Origin: an uncultured Candidatus Saccharibacteria bacterium
Lineage (GTDB): Bacteria; Patescibacteriota; Minisyncoccia; Phycocordibacterales; CSBR16-119
DNA: 63,818 nucleotides
NCBI GenBank assembly: GCA_964581035.1
Contig: CAZOLO010000004.1
Location: forward strand, 1-63,818
Reading direction: 5' to 3'
Every line of letters begins with the position of its first letter. Positions within the stretch are counted from its first letter, which is position 1. The notes beneath the pieces are model-generated. The model was not told the origin of the DNA and made no database searches. It worked only from the letters and a program-made list of their open reading frames with translations. A program made the position numbers and the translations under genes. Positions 44,687-54,092 of the stretch are shown piece after piece.

Positions 44687-46369
44687 ATGGTAGAAAAATT
44701 CACCAAACTCCTAAATAAAGAATTCAGCAACATAAACCAAGCGGCTATACTTCTTGGTTTTTTTGCTTTATTGTCTCAGATTTTTGGGCTTATTAGAGAC
44801 CGCACACTTGCTGGAGTGCTTGGGCCATCAGAAGGTCTTGATATTTACTATGCCGCTTTTAGAATACCCGATTTCCTATATGTAACAATCGCGCTATTAG
44901 CAACTGTTACAGCCACACTGCCGTTTCTAACAAGTGCTTTTGAGAAGAACGGATTCAGTAGGGCAAAAAGATTTTTTGATAATGTGTTTACTGTTTACTT
45001 TTTAATTCTGATTGGTGTATCAGTTTTGGTTTTCTTTTTGATGCCAGTTATCGCACCTCTTGTGGCTCCAGGGTTTAACCTTGATCAGATGAATCAGCTT
45101 ATTAATATCTCTAGAATTATGCTTCTTTCTCCAATATTCATGGGGCTGTCAAACCTTTTTGCTTCTGTGACTCAGATGTACAAGAGATTTATGGTTTATG
45201 CTTTAGCCCCTGTGCTATACAACATTGGTATTCTTATTGGAGTTTTAGGGTTTATGCCTATCTTTGGTTTAAACGGTCTGGCCTATGGTGTAATCTTGGG
45301 AGCTGCTATGCATTTGACGATCCAAGTTCCAATACTTATTAAACATAAATTTGTTCCAAAATTCACAACCCATATAAACTGGCTTGAGCTAAAAGCTTTG
45401 GTTATGATTTCTCTACCCAGAACTCTAGGTCTCGCCTCAAAGAATATCGCACTTATTGCCATAGTGGCCATTGCCTCTGTTATTGGAGAGGGGGCAATTT
45501 CTGTTTTTAACTTTTCTTTAAACCTACAGACAGTACCACTTACCCTGATTGGTCTTTCATATTCTGTGGCAGCCTTTCCAACACTTTCAAAACTTTTTGT
45601 AGAAAATAATATTGGTGAGTACGTGAGACAGATCACTTCTGCTGCTAGGCAGGTTATCTTTTGGTCTATACCTATTACATTTCTTTTCATTGTTCTTCGA
45701 GCTCAAATAGTCCGAGTAATACTTGGTACTGGAAATTTTGACTGGTCAGATACTAGACTTACAGCAGCGGCTCTTGCGCTATTTGCAGTATCTGTTTTAG
45801 CACAAGGCTTAACACTTCTTTTTGTTAGAGGGTATTATGCTGCAGGGGAGACGTGGAAGCCTCTTTTTATAAATTTATTTTCTTCAGGTGTGATTATTGG
45901 AGCTGCATATGGGTTGTTAAAATTCTTTGCACATACTCCTGCATTTGTATATTTTATAGAGTCAATTATGAGGGTAGACAATACTCCAGGTACCGCTGTC
46001 CTTATGCTTCCGCTAGCATTTTCTATTGGGTCTATATTAAACTTTACTCTGCTTTGGTGGGCCTTTGCAGAAGATTTTCCTGCGGTACGAGGAGCCAAGC
46101 TGGGAAGGACTTTCTTTCAGTCATTTTCAGCAAGTTTTCTGATGGCTGTTGCTTCATATGAAATGTTAATTATCTTTGGAAATATATTTAATCTTGATAG
46201 CTTCTGGGGAGTTCTAGGTCAGGGGTTCTTTGCTGGTGTTATTGGAATAGTTGTTGGAATCTCTGTCTTATATCTAATGAAATCAAAAGAGCTTCATGAG
46301 ATATCAAAAACTTTAAAATCAAAAATCTGGAGAGCCCCGGCTATGGTAGAAGGGCAGAGCGATTTGTAA
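44687..46369 (+). CDS. murJ: Lipid II flippase MurJ (MviN family)
   Basis: 560 aa with ~14 TM helices. N-terminal LLGFFALLSQIFGLIRDRTLAGVLG...LDIYYAAFRIPDFLY is typical of MurJ. Confidence 0.9.
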   Translation: MVEKFTKLLNKEFSNINQAAILLGFFALLSQIFGLIRDRTLAGVLGPSEGLDIYYAAFRIPDFLYVTIALLATVTATLPFLTSAFEKNGFSRAKRFFDNVFTVYFLILIGVSVLVFFLMPVIAPLVAPGFNLDQMNQLINISRIMLLSPIFMGLSNLFASVTQMYKRFMVYALAPVLYNIGILIGVLGFMPIFGLNGLAYGVILGAAMHLTIQVPILIKHKFVPKFTTHINWLELKALVMISLPRTLGLASKNIALIAIVAIASVIGEGAISVFNFSLNLQTVPLTLIGLSYSVAAFPTLSKLFVENNIGEYVRQITSAARQVIFWSIPITFLFIVLRAQIVRVILGTGNFDWSDTRLTAAALALFAVSVLAQGLTLLFVRGYYAAGETWKPLFINLFSSGVIIGAAYGLLKFFAHTPAFVYFIESIMRVDNTPGTAVLMLPLAFSIGSILNFTLLWWAFAEDFPAVRGAKLGRTFFQSFSASFLMAVASYEMLIIFGNIFNLDSFWGVLGQGFFAGVIGIVVGISVLYLMKSKELHEISKTLKSKIWRAPAMVEGQSDL

Positions 46370-46431
46370 GGCTTGACAACTAAATATTTAGTGTGTTAGT
46401 CTGTCTCTGAATCATTAATTAAATTGAAAAA

Positions 46432-47208
46432 ATGAATATAGTAAAAGTATTTTTTATGTTACTTGTAACAACTGTAGCCTTTTCTGGAGTTGCTCATGCT
46501 CAGGCCTCTGTACAAATTCATCCAATGGTTAAGTTCGGGCCCATCTATGAAATAGAAGAGCTGTATCAAGTAGATTCAATCTTGAAATACAAAAATTCCG
46601 CAGGTCAAACTGTGATGGGTTTAGAGTTTTACTCTGGATGGGAAAATGGCCCTGATAAAAAGATTGTTATCTATAAACTTCATCGCGATGAAGTAACAGA
46701 CACTGTTATTTCAGTTTCAGAGATTCCTTTATTTTACAGAGGTGATAATGAGCTTTGGACATATCCAAGCAATGTCTCAGAGATATCACTCATTTATGAA
46801 TTAGGTGATTTTTTATCAAGGAAAAGAGAGGTCATCTGGGAGGAGTCACAGAGTCTTGTAAAATCTCAAGCGTATTTTGATGGTCTTGCTTTGATTGAAT
46901 ATTCAAAGCTAGATAAGTTAGATAAAGTTTGTGATGATTGTGAAGTCATAATATCTGATTCTGAAGGACGGGTGACTACAAGAGCTTCTATTCACTCAGA
47001 AATTAAAAATTGTGATAAAAAGATTATCATCACTGATTACTCATACGAAGGTTTCAGTGGAAAGATAGTTGTCACGTCAGTTGTGGTACTTTACAAGCTT
47101 CAGGGGGAGTATTGGTACTATGATAAATCTTTTAGTTCTGAAGCTAGGCCAAAGATTAAAAAGATTCTTGCCGCCAGCATGAGGCCGGTAAACATAAGTC
47201 CTTTCTAA
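46432..47208 (+). CDS. Secreted hypothetical protein (258 aa)
   Basis: Signal peptide MNIVKVFFMLLVTTVAFSGVAHA. Confidence 0.65.
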   Translation: MNIVKVFFMLLVTTVAFSGVAHAQASVQIHPMVKFGPIYEIEELYQVDSILKYKNSAGQTVMGLEFYSGWENGPDKKIVIYKLHRDEVTDTVISVSEIPLFYRGDNELWTYPSNVSEISLIYELGDFLSRKREVIWEESQSLVKSQAYFDGLALIEYSKLDKLDKVCDDCEVIISDSEGRVTTRASIHSEIKNCDKKIIITDYSYEGFSGKIVVTSVVVLYKLQGEYWYYDKSFSSEARPKIKKILAASMRPVNISPF

Positions 47209-47285
47209 TTGTAAAAGGAAGAGAGTCGTTGAAATTTCAACGGCTCTTTTTTTATTCCCCAAATCTGTTAATATCAAGCATATCT

Positions 47286-49073
47286 ATGGATATCAAAAAC
47301 ATCCGGAATTTTTCCATTATTGCTCATATTGATCATGGTAAGTCTACATTGGCCGACCGAATGATTGAGCTGACAAAAACAGTAGAGGTTCGCAAGATGC
47401 GGGACCAGGTTCTTGATCGTATGGAGTTAGAACAAGAAAGAGGAATTACGATAAAGATGCAGCCGGTGAGAATGGAGTACATGGATCATATATTTAACCT
47501 TATTGATACTCCTGGGCACATAGACTTCTCTTACGAGGTATCCAGAGCTCTAAAGGCTGTAGAAGGGTCAATTCTTCTAGTAGACGCCACTCAGGGTGTT
47601 CAAGCTCAGACCTTCACGACTCTTGGTATGGCCAAAGAACAAGGTCTTGTGATTATTCCTGCTGTTTCTAAGGTGGACTCACCACTTGCCAGGGTTGAAG
47701 AGATCAAGTTTGAACTTGCAACACTACTTGATATTGAACCAGAAGATATACTAGAGGTTTCTGGTAAGACAGGAGAAGGGGTAGACAAGCTTTTTGAAGC
47801 TCTGATAGAACGAGTACCCGCCCCTCGGCAAGATCACCCAGAAACAAAGAGTCCTCAGTCACTTGTTTTTGATTTTGAATATTCACAGCATAAAGGCGTA
47901 ATTGTATATGTAAGAAACTTTGAGGGAACTGTAAATAAAGGGGACCAACTAATATTTGCCACTTCAGAAGAAAAATTCTTTGCTCTTGAGGTTGGTACTT
48001 TTGCTCCTGACCCAACACCAAAAGAAAGACTTCTTCCAGGAGAAATTGGTTACATCGTAACTGGAATAAAGAAACCTGGTATTGCTCGTGTAGGAGATAC
48101 AGTAACTCTCCAGAAAAATCCTTTTCCAGCTCTACCAGGATATATGGATCCGATTCCTGTTGTCTGGGCGTCCATCTATCCAGAGAGTCAAGATGGTTTT
48201 GATGCTTTGAAAGATGCCTTAGGTAAACTTCGGTTAACAGATTCATCTTTTACATATGAGGAAGAGTCAAGTGGTGCACTTGGGCGCGGTTTTCGGTGTG
48301 GTTTCCTAGGAATGCTTCATTTGGAAATAATCACAGAAAGGCTACGAAGAGAATTTAATCTAGAACTTGTAGTGACACTTCCAAGTATTGTTTACTATGT
48401 TACATACAAAGGTAAAGATGAAGAAGAGGTTGTGTACTCACCTCATCTTTTTCCAAATGATGGAATGACCAAAAAAGTTACTGAGCCATGGGTTAGAGCA
48501 AAAATTATCGCACCATCTGAATACTTAGGAGGTGTTATGCAGTTGCTGTTTGAACATGAGGCTGTTACTCAGGCTACAGAGAATTTTGGAGAAAGAATGT
48601 CAGTAGAAGTTGATATGCCGCTTCGAGAAATGATGAGAGGTTTTTTTGATAGGCTTAAGAGTGTTTCCTCTGGATATGCTTCTGTTTCCTATGAAATAAC
48701 AGAGTATAAAAATGCAGATGTCGTGAGGTTGGACATACTAATCGGGGATGAGGTTGTTCCTGCGTTTACTAGAGTTGTGTCACGAATACGAGCTCAAGAA
48801 GAAGCGGATAAAACTGTAGAAAAAATCCACAAAGTAATGCCTAGGCAGATGACTGAAATGAAAGTTCAAGGTCGTGCTTTTGGACGTATAATCTCATCAA
48901 AGACACTGAAAGCTTTTCGAAAGGATGTTACAGGATATCTTTATGGTGGGGATATTACAAGAAAAATGAAGCTTTTAGAAAAGCAGAAGAAAGGAAAGAA
49001 AAAGATGGCCAACTATGCAAAGGTTAACATCCCTCATGACGTGTTCCTGAAGGTTATGAAGACTGGCGACTAG
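47286..49073 (+). CDS. lepA: Translation elongation factor 4 (LepA)
   Basis: IRNFSIIAHIDHGKSTLADR, DTPGHIDF. LepA-specific C-terminal region with YGGDITRKMKLLEKQKKGKKKM. Start set to the ATG at 47286. Confidence 0.95.
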   Translation: MDIKNIRNFSIIAHIDHGKSTLADRMIELTKTVEVRKMRDQVLDRMELEQERGITIKMQPVRMEYMDHIFNLIDTPGHIDFSYEVSRALKAVEGSILLVDATQGVQAQTFTTLGMAKEQGLVIIPAVSKVDSPLARVEEIKFELATLLDIEPEDILEVSGKTGEGVDKLFEALIERVPAPRQDHPETKSPQSLVFDFEYSQHKGVIVYVRNFEGTVNKGDQLIFATSEEKFFALEVGTFAPDPTPKERLLPGEIGYIVTGIKKPGIARVGDTVTLQKNPFPALPGYMDPIPVVWASIYPESQDGFDALKDALGKLRLTDSSFTYEEESSGALGRGFRCGFLGMLHLEIITERLRREFNLELVVTLPSIVYYVTYKGKDEEEVVYSPHLFPNDGMTKKVTEPWVRAKIIAPSEYLGGVMQLLFEHEAVTQATENFGERMSVEVDMPLREMMRGFFDRLKSVSSGYASVSYEITEYKNADVVRLDILIGDEVVPAFTRVVSRIRAQEEADKTVEKIHKVMPRQMTEMKVQGRAFGRIISSKTLKAFRKDVTGYLYGGDITRKMKLLEKQKKGKKKMANYAKVNIPHDVFLKVMKTGD

Positions 49074-49245
49074 ACATTAAAAATATTTCATATATAATCT
49101 CTCATCTAAATCGTACATTATATGAAGAGACTAATGAAATTATTTCCGGTCAGATCTCGAAAGAGAAGAAAGAGAAATCCAAATGTTTTATACATTGGTC
49201 ACATCAAAGACTCAGGCATTTTAAAAGCCAAATTGAGTGAATTCT

Positions 49246-49270
49246 TGAGCTCCCGCTAGGGGGCTCTTTT
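49246..49270 (+). terminator. Terminator downstream of lepA (GAGCTCCC-GCTA-GGGGGCTC then TTTTT)
   Basis: 8-bp GC-rich stem plus T-run. Confidence 0.65.
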
Positions 49271-49401
49271 TATACAATAGAAAGAATGGCAGGGAAGTAT
49301 AGCAGCAGCATTCCCAGGATAACGACCACCGAGAATACAGCTGTTAATATCTTCAAAGCTTTTTTGTTTTTTGGGTGGAATAACATACAATAAGTATACT
49401 C

Positions 49402-49776
49402 ATGAAATCAAATATTCACAAATCTTCTTTCCATAATTTTCTATCAAGCCCGCTAGCTTTATTGGCATCAGTTGTCTTGTTTGGAATTGTTGTTTATAGC
49501 TTTGTTTCGGTAATTCCGAAGCAGAAAAGATCCCAAGAGGCGCGCGTTGAGTCCCAGAATGAGTTAGGAGACCTGGAGGAGAAGAAAGCTTCTCTCGAGC
49601 AAGAAATAGGCCTTTTATCAAGTGATTTTGGTAGGGAGAAGGCTCTCAGGGAGAAGTTTGGAGTGGTAAAAGAAGGGGAGGAGATCATTGTTCTAGTTAA
49701 TAACGAAGAGGAGGTTGAAAAGGAGGTAAAAGCCGGTTTGTTTGGATGGATCTCTGGATTGTTTTCTGGGAAATAA
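49402..49776 (+). CDS. Septum formation initiator (FtsB/DivIC-like)
   Basis: N-terminal TM helix, coiled coil LEEKKASLEQEIGLL, and REKALREKFGVVKEGEEIIVL, which is typical of the DivIC/FtsB family. Confidence 0.65.
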   Translation: MKSNIHKSSFHNFLSSPLALLASVVLFGIVVYSFVSVIPKQKRSQEARVESQNELGDLEEKKASLEQEIGLLSSDFGREKALREKFGVVKEGEEIIVLVNNEEEVEKEVKAGLFGWISGLFSGK

Positions 49777-49829
49777 ATCTCAGTATGATATACTGGTGAA
49801 GTTAAAAGATTAAATAATAAATTTACGAT

Positions 49830-50075
49830 ATGAAAAAAGTACAGATTTATAGCACACCAACATGTCACTACTGTCAGATGGCAAAAACTTTTCTAAAAGA
49901 CAATAATGTGGAGTATGTTGAGTATAATGTGGCTGAAGATATTGAGAAAAGAGAAGAAATGATGAAAGTAAGTGGTCAAATGGGAGTGCCATTTATCGTA
50001 ATCGGAGAAGGTGAAGAAGAAGAAGGAATGATTGGGTTCAATGAGCCAAAGATGCGAGAACTTCTAGCGCTTTAA
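49830..50075 (+). CDS. Glutaredoxin-like protein (NrdH/Grx family)
   Basis: VQIYSTPTCHYCQMAKTFL with CxxC; GVPFIVI motif; 81 aa. Confidence 0.8.
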   Translation: MKKVQIYSTPTCHYCQMAKTFLKDNNVEYVEYNVAEDIEKREEMMKVSGQMGVPFIVIGEGEEEEGMIGFNEPKMRELLAL

Positions 50076-50128
50076 TTAAAAAATAATTTATGTATACTAA
50101 AAACACTTGGAAAAGTGTTTTTAGATTA

Positions 50129-50200
50129 GCCCCCGTAGTTAAATGGATATAACAGATCCGTCCTAAGGATTAGTTGTGGGTTCGATTCCTGCCGAGGGCA
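50129..50200 (+). tRNA. tRNA-Arg (anticodon CCU)
   Basis: Hand-folded as GCCCCCG-TA-GTTA-AATGGATA-TAAC-A-GATCC-GTCCTAA-GGATT-AGTT-GTGGG-TTCGATT-CCTGC-CGAGGGC-A. There is one C5-A68 acceptor mismatch and two G-U pairs in the T stem. Confidence 0.85.
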
Positions 50201-50367
50201 CAACGCAAAATTCCAGCACTGACCAATGCTGGGCTGGCATTTTAGCGTATATGAATCATTCGGTAGGAATCGAACCGAGGGGTGGCGAAGCCGGTCGTAG
50301 ACCGATCAGCCCGAGTGGGGGTCGAGGGAGTGAGCCAGCACTGACCAGTGCTGGCCACGAGAGTGAC

Positions 50368-50388
50368 CGATTCCTGTCGAGGGCACAA
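50368..50388 (+). repeat. Second copy (20/21 nt) of the tRNA-Arg 3' end (CGATTCCTGTCGAGGGCACAA), 185 nt downstream of the first (50183-50203)
   Basis: Direct repeat read from the sequence. The intervening block is GC-rich and carries two related hairpins. Confidence 0.75.
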
Positions 50389-50391
50389 TAT

Positions 50392-50979
50392 TTATTTACT
50401 TTGAAGTTTGAAAAGGGAGTGAGCCAAACTTCTTGCGTCGTGTGCAGCGTCATGTGCACCAACTCCATCTATTTCAGGGAGTTCTATTTCAAGTACTTTG
50501 TATAAACCACCACTGCATATCTCATCAAACCCTGCTATTTTGTAGTCGTTTAGAGTTATGTCGTATTTTGACAGCTCTTCTTTTGCTTTTTTAAATTGGT
50601 TAGGAAAAGGAAATTTAATATTATTCGCTTTGCAATTTGAGTTAAGAACCCACCAGTCTCCACTGAAGGTCCAGATATCTTTGTCATCTCCAATAAAATC
50701 AACTAATCGCTTTATTGCTTCCTGAAAAGGTATTCCATTGCCTCTTTTTTCGTCTGTCATACCTGTCATTTTTGACAGCCATTCAGGAATTCTCCCAATT
50801 TTATTTGGGAGAATAGTAAGATTCAGAATTCCTAATTCATTTCCATCATTATCTAGTTTGCATGCTCCCATTTGTATTATCTCGCAATAAATTTTTTTTA
50901 CATCAGGTCTCCTGCTGGGGATCAGGTCACCTTGAGCATCTTCAGGTATATATTCATGGTCGATTGCAATCATGTGCAA
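50392..50979 (-). CDS. DEDDh-type 3'-5' exonuclease domain protein (DnaQ/ERI-1/KapD-like)
   Basis: N-terminal IAIDHE acidic motif. C-terminal GVGAHDAAHDARSLAHSL (H-x4-D motif). Confidence 0.7.
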   Translation of the reverse strand: MHMIAIDHEYIPEDAQGDLIPSRRPDVKKIYCEIIQMGACKLDNDGNELGILNLTILPNKIGRIPEWLSKMTGMTDEKRGNGIPFQEAIKRLVDFIGDDKDIWTFSGDWWVLNSNCKANNIKFPFPNQFKKAKEELSKYDITLNDYKIAGFDEICSGGLYKVLEIELPEIDGVGAHDAAHDARSLAHSLFKLQSK

Positions 50980-51021
50980 AATTTTACCATAAATATATAA
51001 AACCTATGCTAAAATATTTTC

Positions 51022-51291
51022 ATGGAACCAAAAGAAATAAAAAAATTAATGGCAATGGTAGAAGAGAATAACGATATGATCCGCTCAATGAGAAATGCTC
51101 AGAAGAGAGCCTGGTGGTTATCATTCTTTAAATACGTTTTCTTTATCGCTATAGCTTTAGGTGCATATTATATTATTCAACCATTTGTTGAAAACTTAGA
51201 TAGTGCATACAACTCTGTATTAGACTCTGTTCAAAGTGTCCAAAACATAGGTGATCAAGTTGGTGGAATTTTTGGGAAAGACAAAGTTTAG
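51022..51291 (+). CDS. Small membrane protein (89 aa, one TM helix)
   Basis: ORF with TM helix WWLSFFKYVFFIAIALGAYYII, followed by a strong terminator. Confidence 0.6.
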   Translation: MEPKEIKKLMAMVEENNDMIRSMRNAQKRAWWLSFFKYVFFIAIALGAYYIIQPFVENLDSAYNSVLDSVQSVQNIGDQVGGIFGKDKV

Positions 51292-51293
51292 AA

Positions 51294-51322
51294 TAAAAAA
51301 AACGCTCATGAGCGTTTTTTTT
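51294..51322. terminator. Bidirectional terminator (A-run, CGCTC-AT-GAGCG, T-run) between convergent genes
   Basis: Palindrome flanked by 8-9 A and 8 T residues. Confidence 0.75.
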
Positions 51323-51325
51323 ATT

Positions 51326-51640
51326 CTAAAATGATTCAGGTGTATAGTCTTTAGAGCTTTTTAGACCTAATTTCTCCAACTCTTCATTAATATCTTCAAT
51401 GTGTCGGTACTTCTCTGTTAAGTATTCTTTTGATTTTTCACCCTCAACCACGGCAAAGGCTTCCTCTACCATTTGCAATTTCTTTTCAAACCAACCACTT
51501 GTTCCGCGAGTCTGCATATTTCCCTCAGGAATACCATTCTGTTTAATTGCCATTTTTGCATCATCTAATAGCGCTCGCATGCTTTTAGTCTTAATATCTA
51601 AACCTTCCATTTTTTGATTGTTTATATTTTCTAGTCCCAT
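51326..51640 (-). CDS. Hypothetical protein (104 aa)
   Basis: ORF bounded by the terminator at 51294-51322; no motif recognised. Confidence 0.55.
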   Translation of the reverse strand: MGLENINNQKMEGLDIKTKSMRALLDDAKMAIKQNGIPEGNMQTRGTSGWFEKKLQMVEEAFAVVEGEKSKEYLTEKYRHIEDINEELEKLGLKSSKDYTPESF

Positions 51641-51662
51641 ATTAAAATTATATCACGTATAA

Positions 51663-51700
51663 AAATAAGATCCGAACATAGCTATGTTCGGATCTTATTT
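51663..51700 (-). terminator. Long perfect palindrome (AAATAAGATCCGAACATAG/CTATGTTCGGATCTTATTT) just 3' of tRNA-Phe
   Basis: A 38-nt inverted repeat 10 nt downstream of the tRNA on the minus strand. Confidence 0.6.
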
Positions 51701-51710
51701 AGACTTTTTG

Positions 51711-51784
51711 TGCTCGGGGGCAGGGTCGAACTGCCGACCTCTCGCTCTTCAGGCGAGCGCTCTAACCAACTGAGCTACCCGAGC
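51711..51784 (-). tRNA. tRNA-Phe (anticodon GAA)
   Basis: The reverse complement folds as GCTCGGG-TA-GCTC-AGTTGGTTA-GAGC-G-CTCGC-CTGAAGA-GCGAG-AGGTC-GGCAG-TTCGACC-CTGCC-CCCGAGC-A. Confidence 0.95.
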
Positions 51785-51828
51785 TTACAACTTGTATATA
51801 CTATCAAAAAAGGGGTAATAATCAAGTA

Positions 51829-52341
51829 TTACAATGGAACCTTCTGATAGAGCGTCTCCTCCGAGAAAGACCTTTTATTATCGGTCTTTAGTTCTTTGAT
51901 ATTTTCAGTTAAGACAATAAGCTTTTGCTCATCTTGTTTTAAGAACTCTAATTGATTCTCAGGGAGCTCTACCCGAGATCTTGCAAATGATATAGCACTT
52001 TTAAGTTCAATGTATTGATCAATCAGGCCATTTATTTTATGAGAAGAAGAATTTTCATTTACCCTGTCCCAACCACCAACTTTTCTTATAAGGTCATTGT
52101 ACTCTTCACTTCCTTCTAGAATATTATGCTCATCAGTATAAAACCATAATTCATCATCTGTAGGTTTCCTAAAAGCTGTATTCTTCACAACACCGATATT
52201 TTTTATTCTAGAAAAGCCAGGATTTGCTGGACGTTCAAAATATCCAAACTGCTGTGTCTCTTCGATTAAGACAAAAGTATCTTCCGGAAGATTAAGGTTT
52301 TCAGAGTTAATTTCAATTCTATTTTCTTTATAGCTTTCCAT
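51829..52341 (-). CDS. Hypothetical protein (170 aa)
   Basis: ORF. Start set to ATG 52341, which lies 6 nt after a TATAAT hexamer on the minus strand. Confidence 0.55.
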   Translation of the reverse strand: MESYKENRIEINSENLNLPEDTFVLIEETQQFGYFERPANPGFSRIKNIGVVKNTAFRKPTDDELWFYTDEHNILEGSEEYNDLIRKVGGWDRVNENSSSHKINGLIDQYIELKSAISFARSRVELPENQLEFLKQDEQKLIVLTENIKELKTDNKRSFSEETLYQKVPL

Positions 52342-52355
52342 AAAAATATTATAGC

Positions 52356-52379
52356 AAAAAACACCCATGTGGGTGTTTC
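52356..52379 (-). terminator. Terminator of hsp20 (AACACCC-ACAT-GGGTGTT then TTTTTT on the minus strand)
   Basis: Hairpin plus T-run immediately after the stop at 52381. Confidence 0.7.
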
Positions 52380-52380
52380 T

Positions 52381-52857
52381 CTAGTTACTTCTTATTTTTA
52401 AATTTGTTTTTCGCTCTTTATCTATTTTTGGTAGTCTGATTATAAGTAGTCCGTTTCTCTCTGATGCTTCTGCTAAGTCTGGATCTACTTCTTCTGGTAG
52501 AGCAACACTTCTTGAAAATGATCCCCAGTATAGCTCTCTCATAACGTAATTCTCTTCATCTATCATCCTGGACTCTTTTCTCTTTCCTTGGATTGTTATC
52601 ATGTCTCTAGAAATCTCTATATCTAGGTCTTCTGGTCGAACACCTGCTGTCATGGTTTGAACTACAACTTCTGTTGGTGTCTGGTACATGTCAATAGAAA
52701 GCTCACCCTCTTCCTCCCAAGAGTCAAGAGATCCATCTGTGTGAACTGGAACCTCAGACATTTCGTCTAAGTCTAGTTCGTCTTCGTGTTCTGAAATTTC
52801 ATCCAGGCTTATTCCACCTGTCAGTCTTTCAAAAAATGATAATTTTCGTTTGCTCAT
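52381..52857 (-). CDS. Hsp20/alpha-crystallin family small heat-shock protein
   Basis: Alpha-crystallin domain LSIDMYQTPTEVVVQTMTAGVRPEDLDIEI...ITIQGKRK...GSFSRSVALPEEVD...ASERNGLLIIRLPK. Confidence 0.9.
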   Translation of the reverse strand: MSKRKLSFFERLTGGISLDEISEHEDELDLDEMSEVPVHTDGSLDSWEEEGELSIDMYQTPTEVVVQTMTAGVRPEDLDIEISRDMITIQGKRKESRMIDEENYVMRELYWGSFSRSVALPEEVDPDLAEASERNGLLIIRLPKIDKERKTNLKIRSN

Positions 52858-52861
52858 AATA

Positions 52862-53575
52862 CTATTGTTTTTTATACCAGTAAGATAGTCGGCGTAGTCG
52901 CTCGAACATCATACTTATTATAACACTAATAACCCAAAGAAATGCAAAGACCTTCATAGAGTTTCCATCTCCTTCACTCATTATAAGAAAATTAAATACA
53001 CTATGCAATAAAGTTGCCCCCAGTAGACCTATGATTACATGAAATTTCTTATGCGCCCAATTTTTATGAAAGGAAAGACCAAGAGCAATACCTACAATTC
53101 CACTTGATACTGAGTGTAGAAGAGTAGCTCCCAAGAAACGTAGGTTACCGGTAATCAGACTAACTGTCGCATCTTTTAGATATATTGGTTCAAGAAGGAA
53201 TAGTGCATTTTCTAAAGCAGCAAAACCAAGAGCTCCAGTTATCATATAAATTACAAAGTCCACTGGGTCGTCTGCTTTGGTTGATTTAAGTGCTACAAGT
53301 GCTACAACTCCGTACTTCATAACCTCCTCTAAAGCAGCCCATACGACCACAAGCACTTTTTCATCAAATATGAAATTTGACACTAGTTGTTGAAGAGGGA
53401 TTACAAGAATTACTGAGATCATTCCTATAATAAAGGTAAGAGTCAAAAGACCAATTGGTTCTGGGTGACCATCATCTTCTTTTAGCCACACCCACAACCA
53501 AACAAGCGCTGGAATGATTCCAAACAGCAGTGCTAGCCCTAATACTTTTGGATCGTTTGGTAGGGTTTCAAACAT
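52862..53575 (-). CDS. PrsW family intramembrane metalloprotease
   Basis: Polytopic protein. AALEEVMKYG (EExxK) and two LLHSV...N/G histidine motifs (ATLLHSVSSG, ATLLHSVFNF). Confidence 0.8.
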   Translation of the reverse strand: MFETLPNDPKVLGLALLFGIIPALVWLWVWLKEDDGHPEPIGLLTLTFIIGMISVILVIPLQQLVSNFIFDEKVLVVVWAALEEVMKYGVVALVALKSTKADDPVDFVIYMITGALGFAALENALFLLEPIYLKDATVSLITGNLRFLGATLLHSVSSGIVGIALGLSFHKNWAHKKFHVIIGLLGATLLHSVFNFLIMSEGDGNSMKVFAFLWVISVIISMMFERLRRLSYWYKKQ

Positions 53576-53582
53576 ATCAACA

Positions 53583-54092
53583 TTATAGCTTAGAATTTAG
53601 ATCTTCTTCTGTGAATAGTGAGTCTAGTTCGCAAGATAGTGTATTTATTCCTCGTCTTAAAATAACAATAATTTTAATTACATTTAAATTACTTACTGCT
53701 AAGTTCTCCATTGTTCTTTTTACACTAGTTCCACTAGAAAATACATCATCAACAATAATAATTTTATCATCAGGTGTTGGATGGTAACCTTCTATTATTT
53801 TTAGATCTCCATGATCTTTTGGCTTATCTCGCACAAGAGTCAGGGATAAGTTTGTCTTGTTGGAAAGTGCTGTTCCAAGAGAAATACCTCCAAGACCAGA
53901 ACAAGCGATGCAGGTTGCATCGCTTGGTATTTTTTCTATAAGATTATTTGATATTTCGCTTAGAAGTTCTGGGTGACCATAGGCCTTTCGCATATCTACA
54001 TAGTGATCACTTATTTCTCCACTTTTTAATACAAAATAGCCCTGCGTAATAACTTCCAAATCCTGTAATTTTTGGATTAAGCTTTTGGCCAT
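53583..54092 (-). CDS. Type I phosphoribosyltransferase (orotate PRTase-like, short form)
   Basis: PRPP-binding loop IIIVDDVFSSGTS; size and N-terminal FVLKSGEISDHYVD resemble PyrE. Confidence 0.7.
   Translation of the reverse strand: MAKSLIQKLQDLEVITQGYFVLKSGEISDHYVDMRKAYGHPELLSEISNNLIEKIPSDATCIACSGLGGISLGTALSNKTNLSLTLVRDKPKDHGDLKIIEGYHPTPDDKIIIVDDVFSSGTSVKRTMENLAVSNLNVIKIIVILRRGINTLSCELDSLFTEEDLNSKL

Noticed and set aside
47704-48246. A 180-aa antisense ORF inside lepA, and similar antisense or shadow ORFs from the track (e.g. 34023-34388, 35469-35900, 45283-45690, 26764-27156, 43782-44099, 49494-49868)
   Set aside because: Each lies fully within a strongly supported gene on the opposite strand or in another frame. 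Their compositions are low-complexity and they carry no motifs. These are typical shadow ORFs.
50129-50391. Group I intron or split/permuted tRNA at tRNA-Arg(CCU), prompted by known introns in this isoacceptor in some proteobacteria
   Set aside because: The tRNA folds colinearly and completely within 50129-50200. The extra sequence lies entirely downstream of the discriminator base, not in the anticodon loop.
50176-50505. A 109-aa plus-strand ORF spanning the tRNA-Arg 3' end and the GC-rich block
   Set aside because: It starts inside the tRNA and ends antisense to the exonuclease gene. It is open only because of the GC-rich repeat block.
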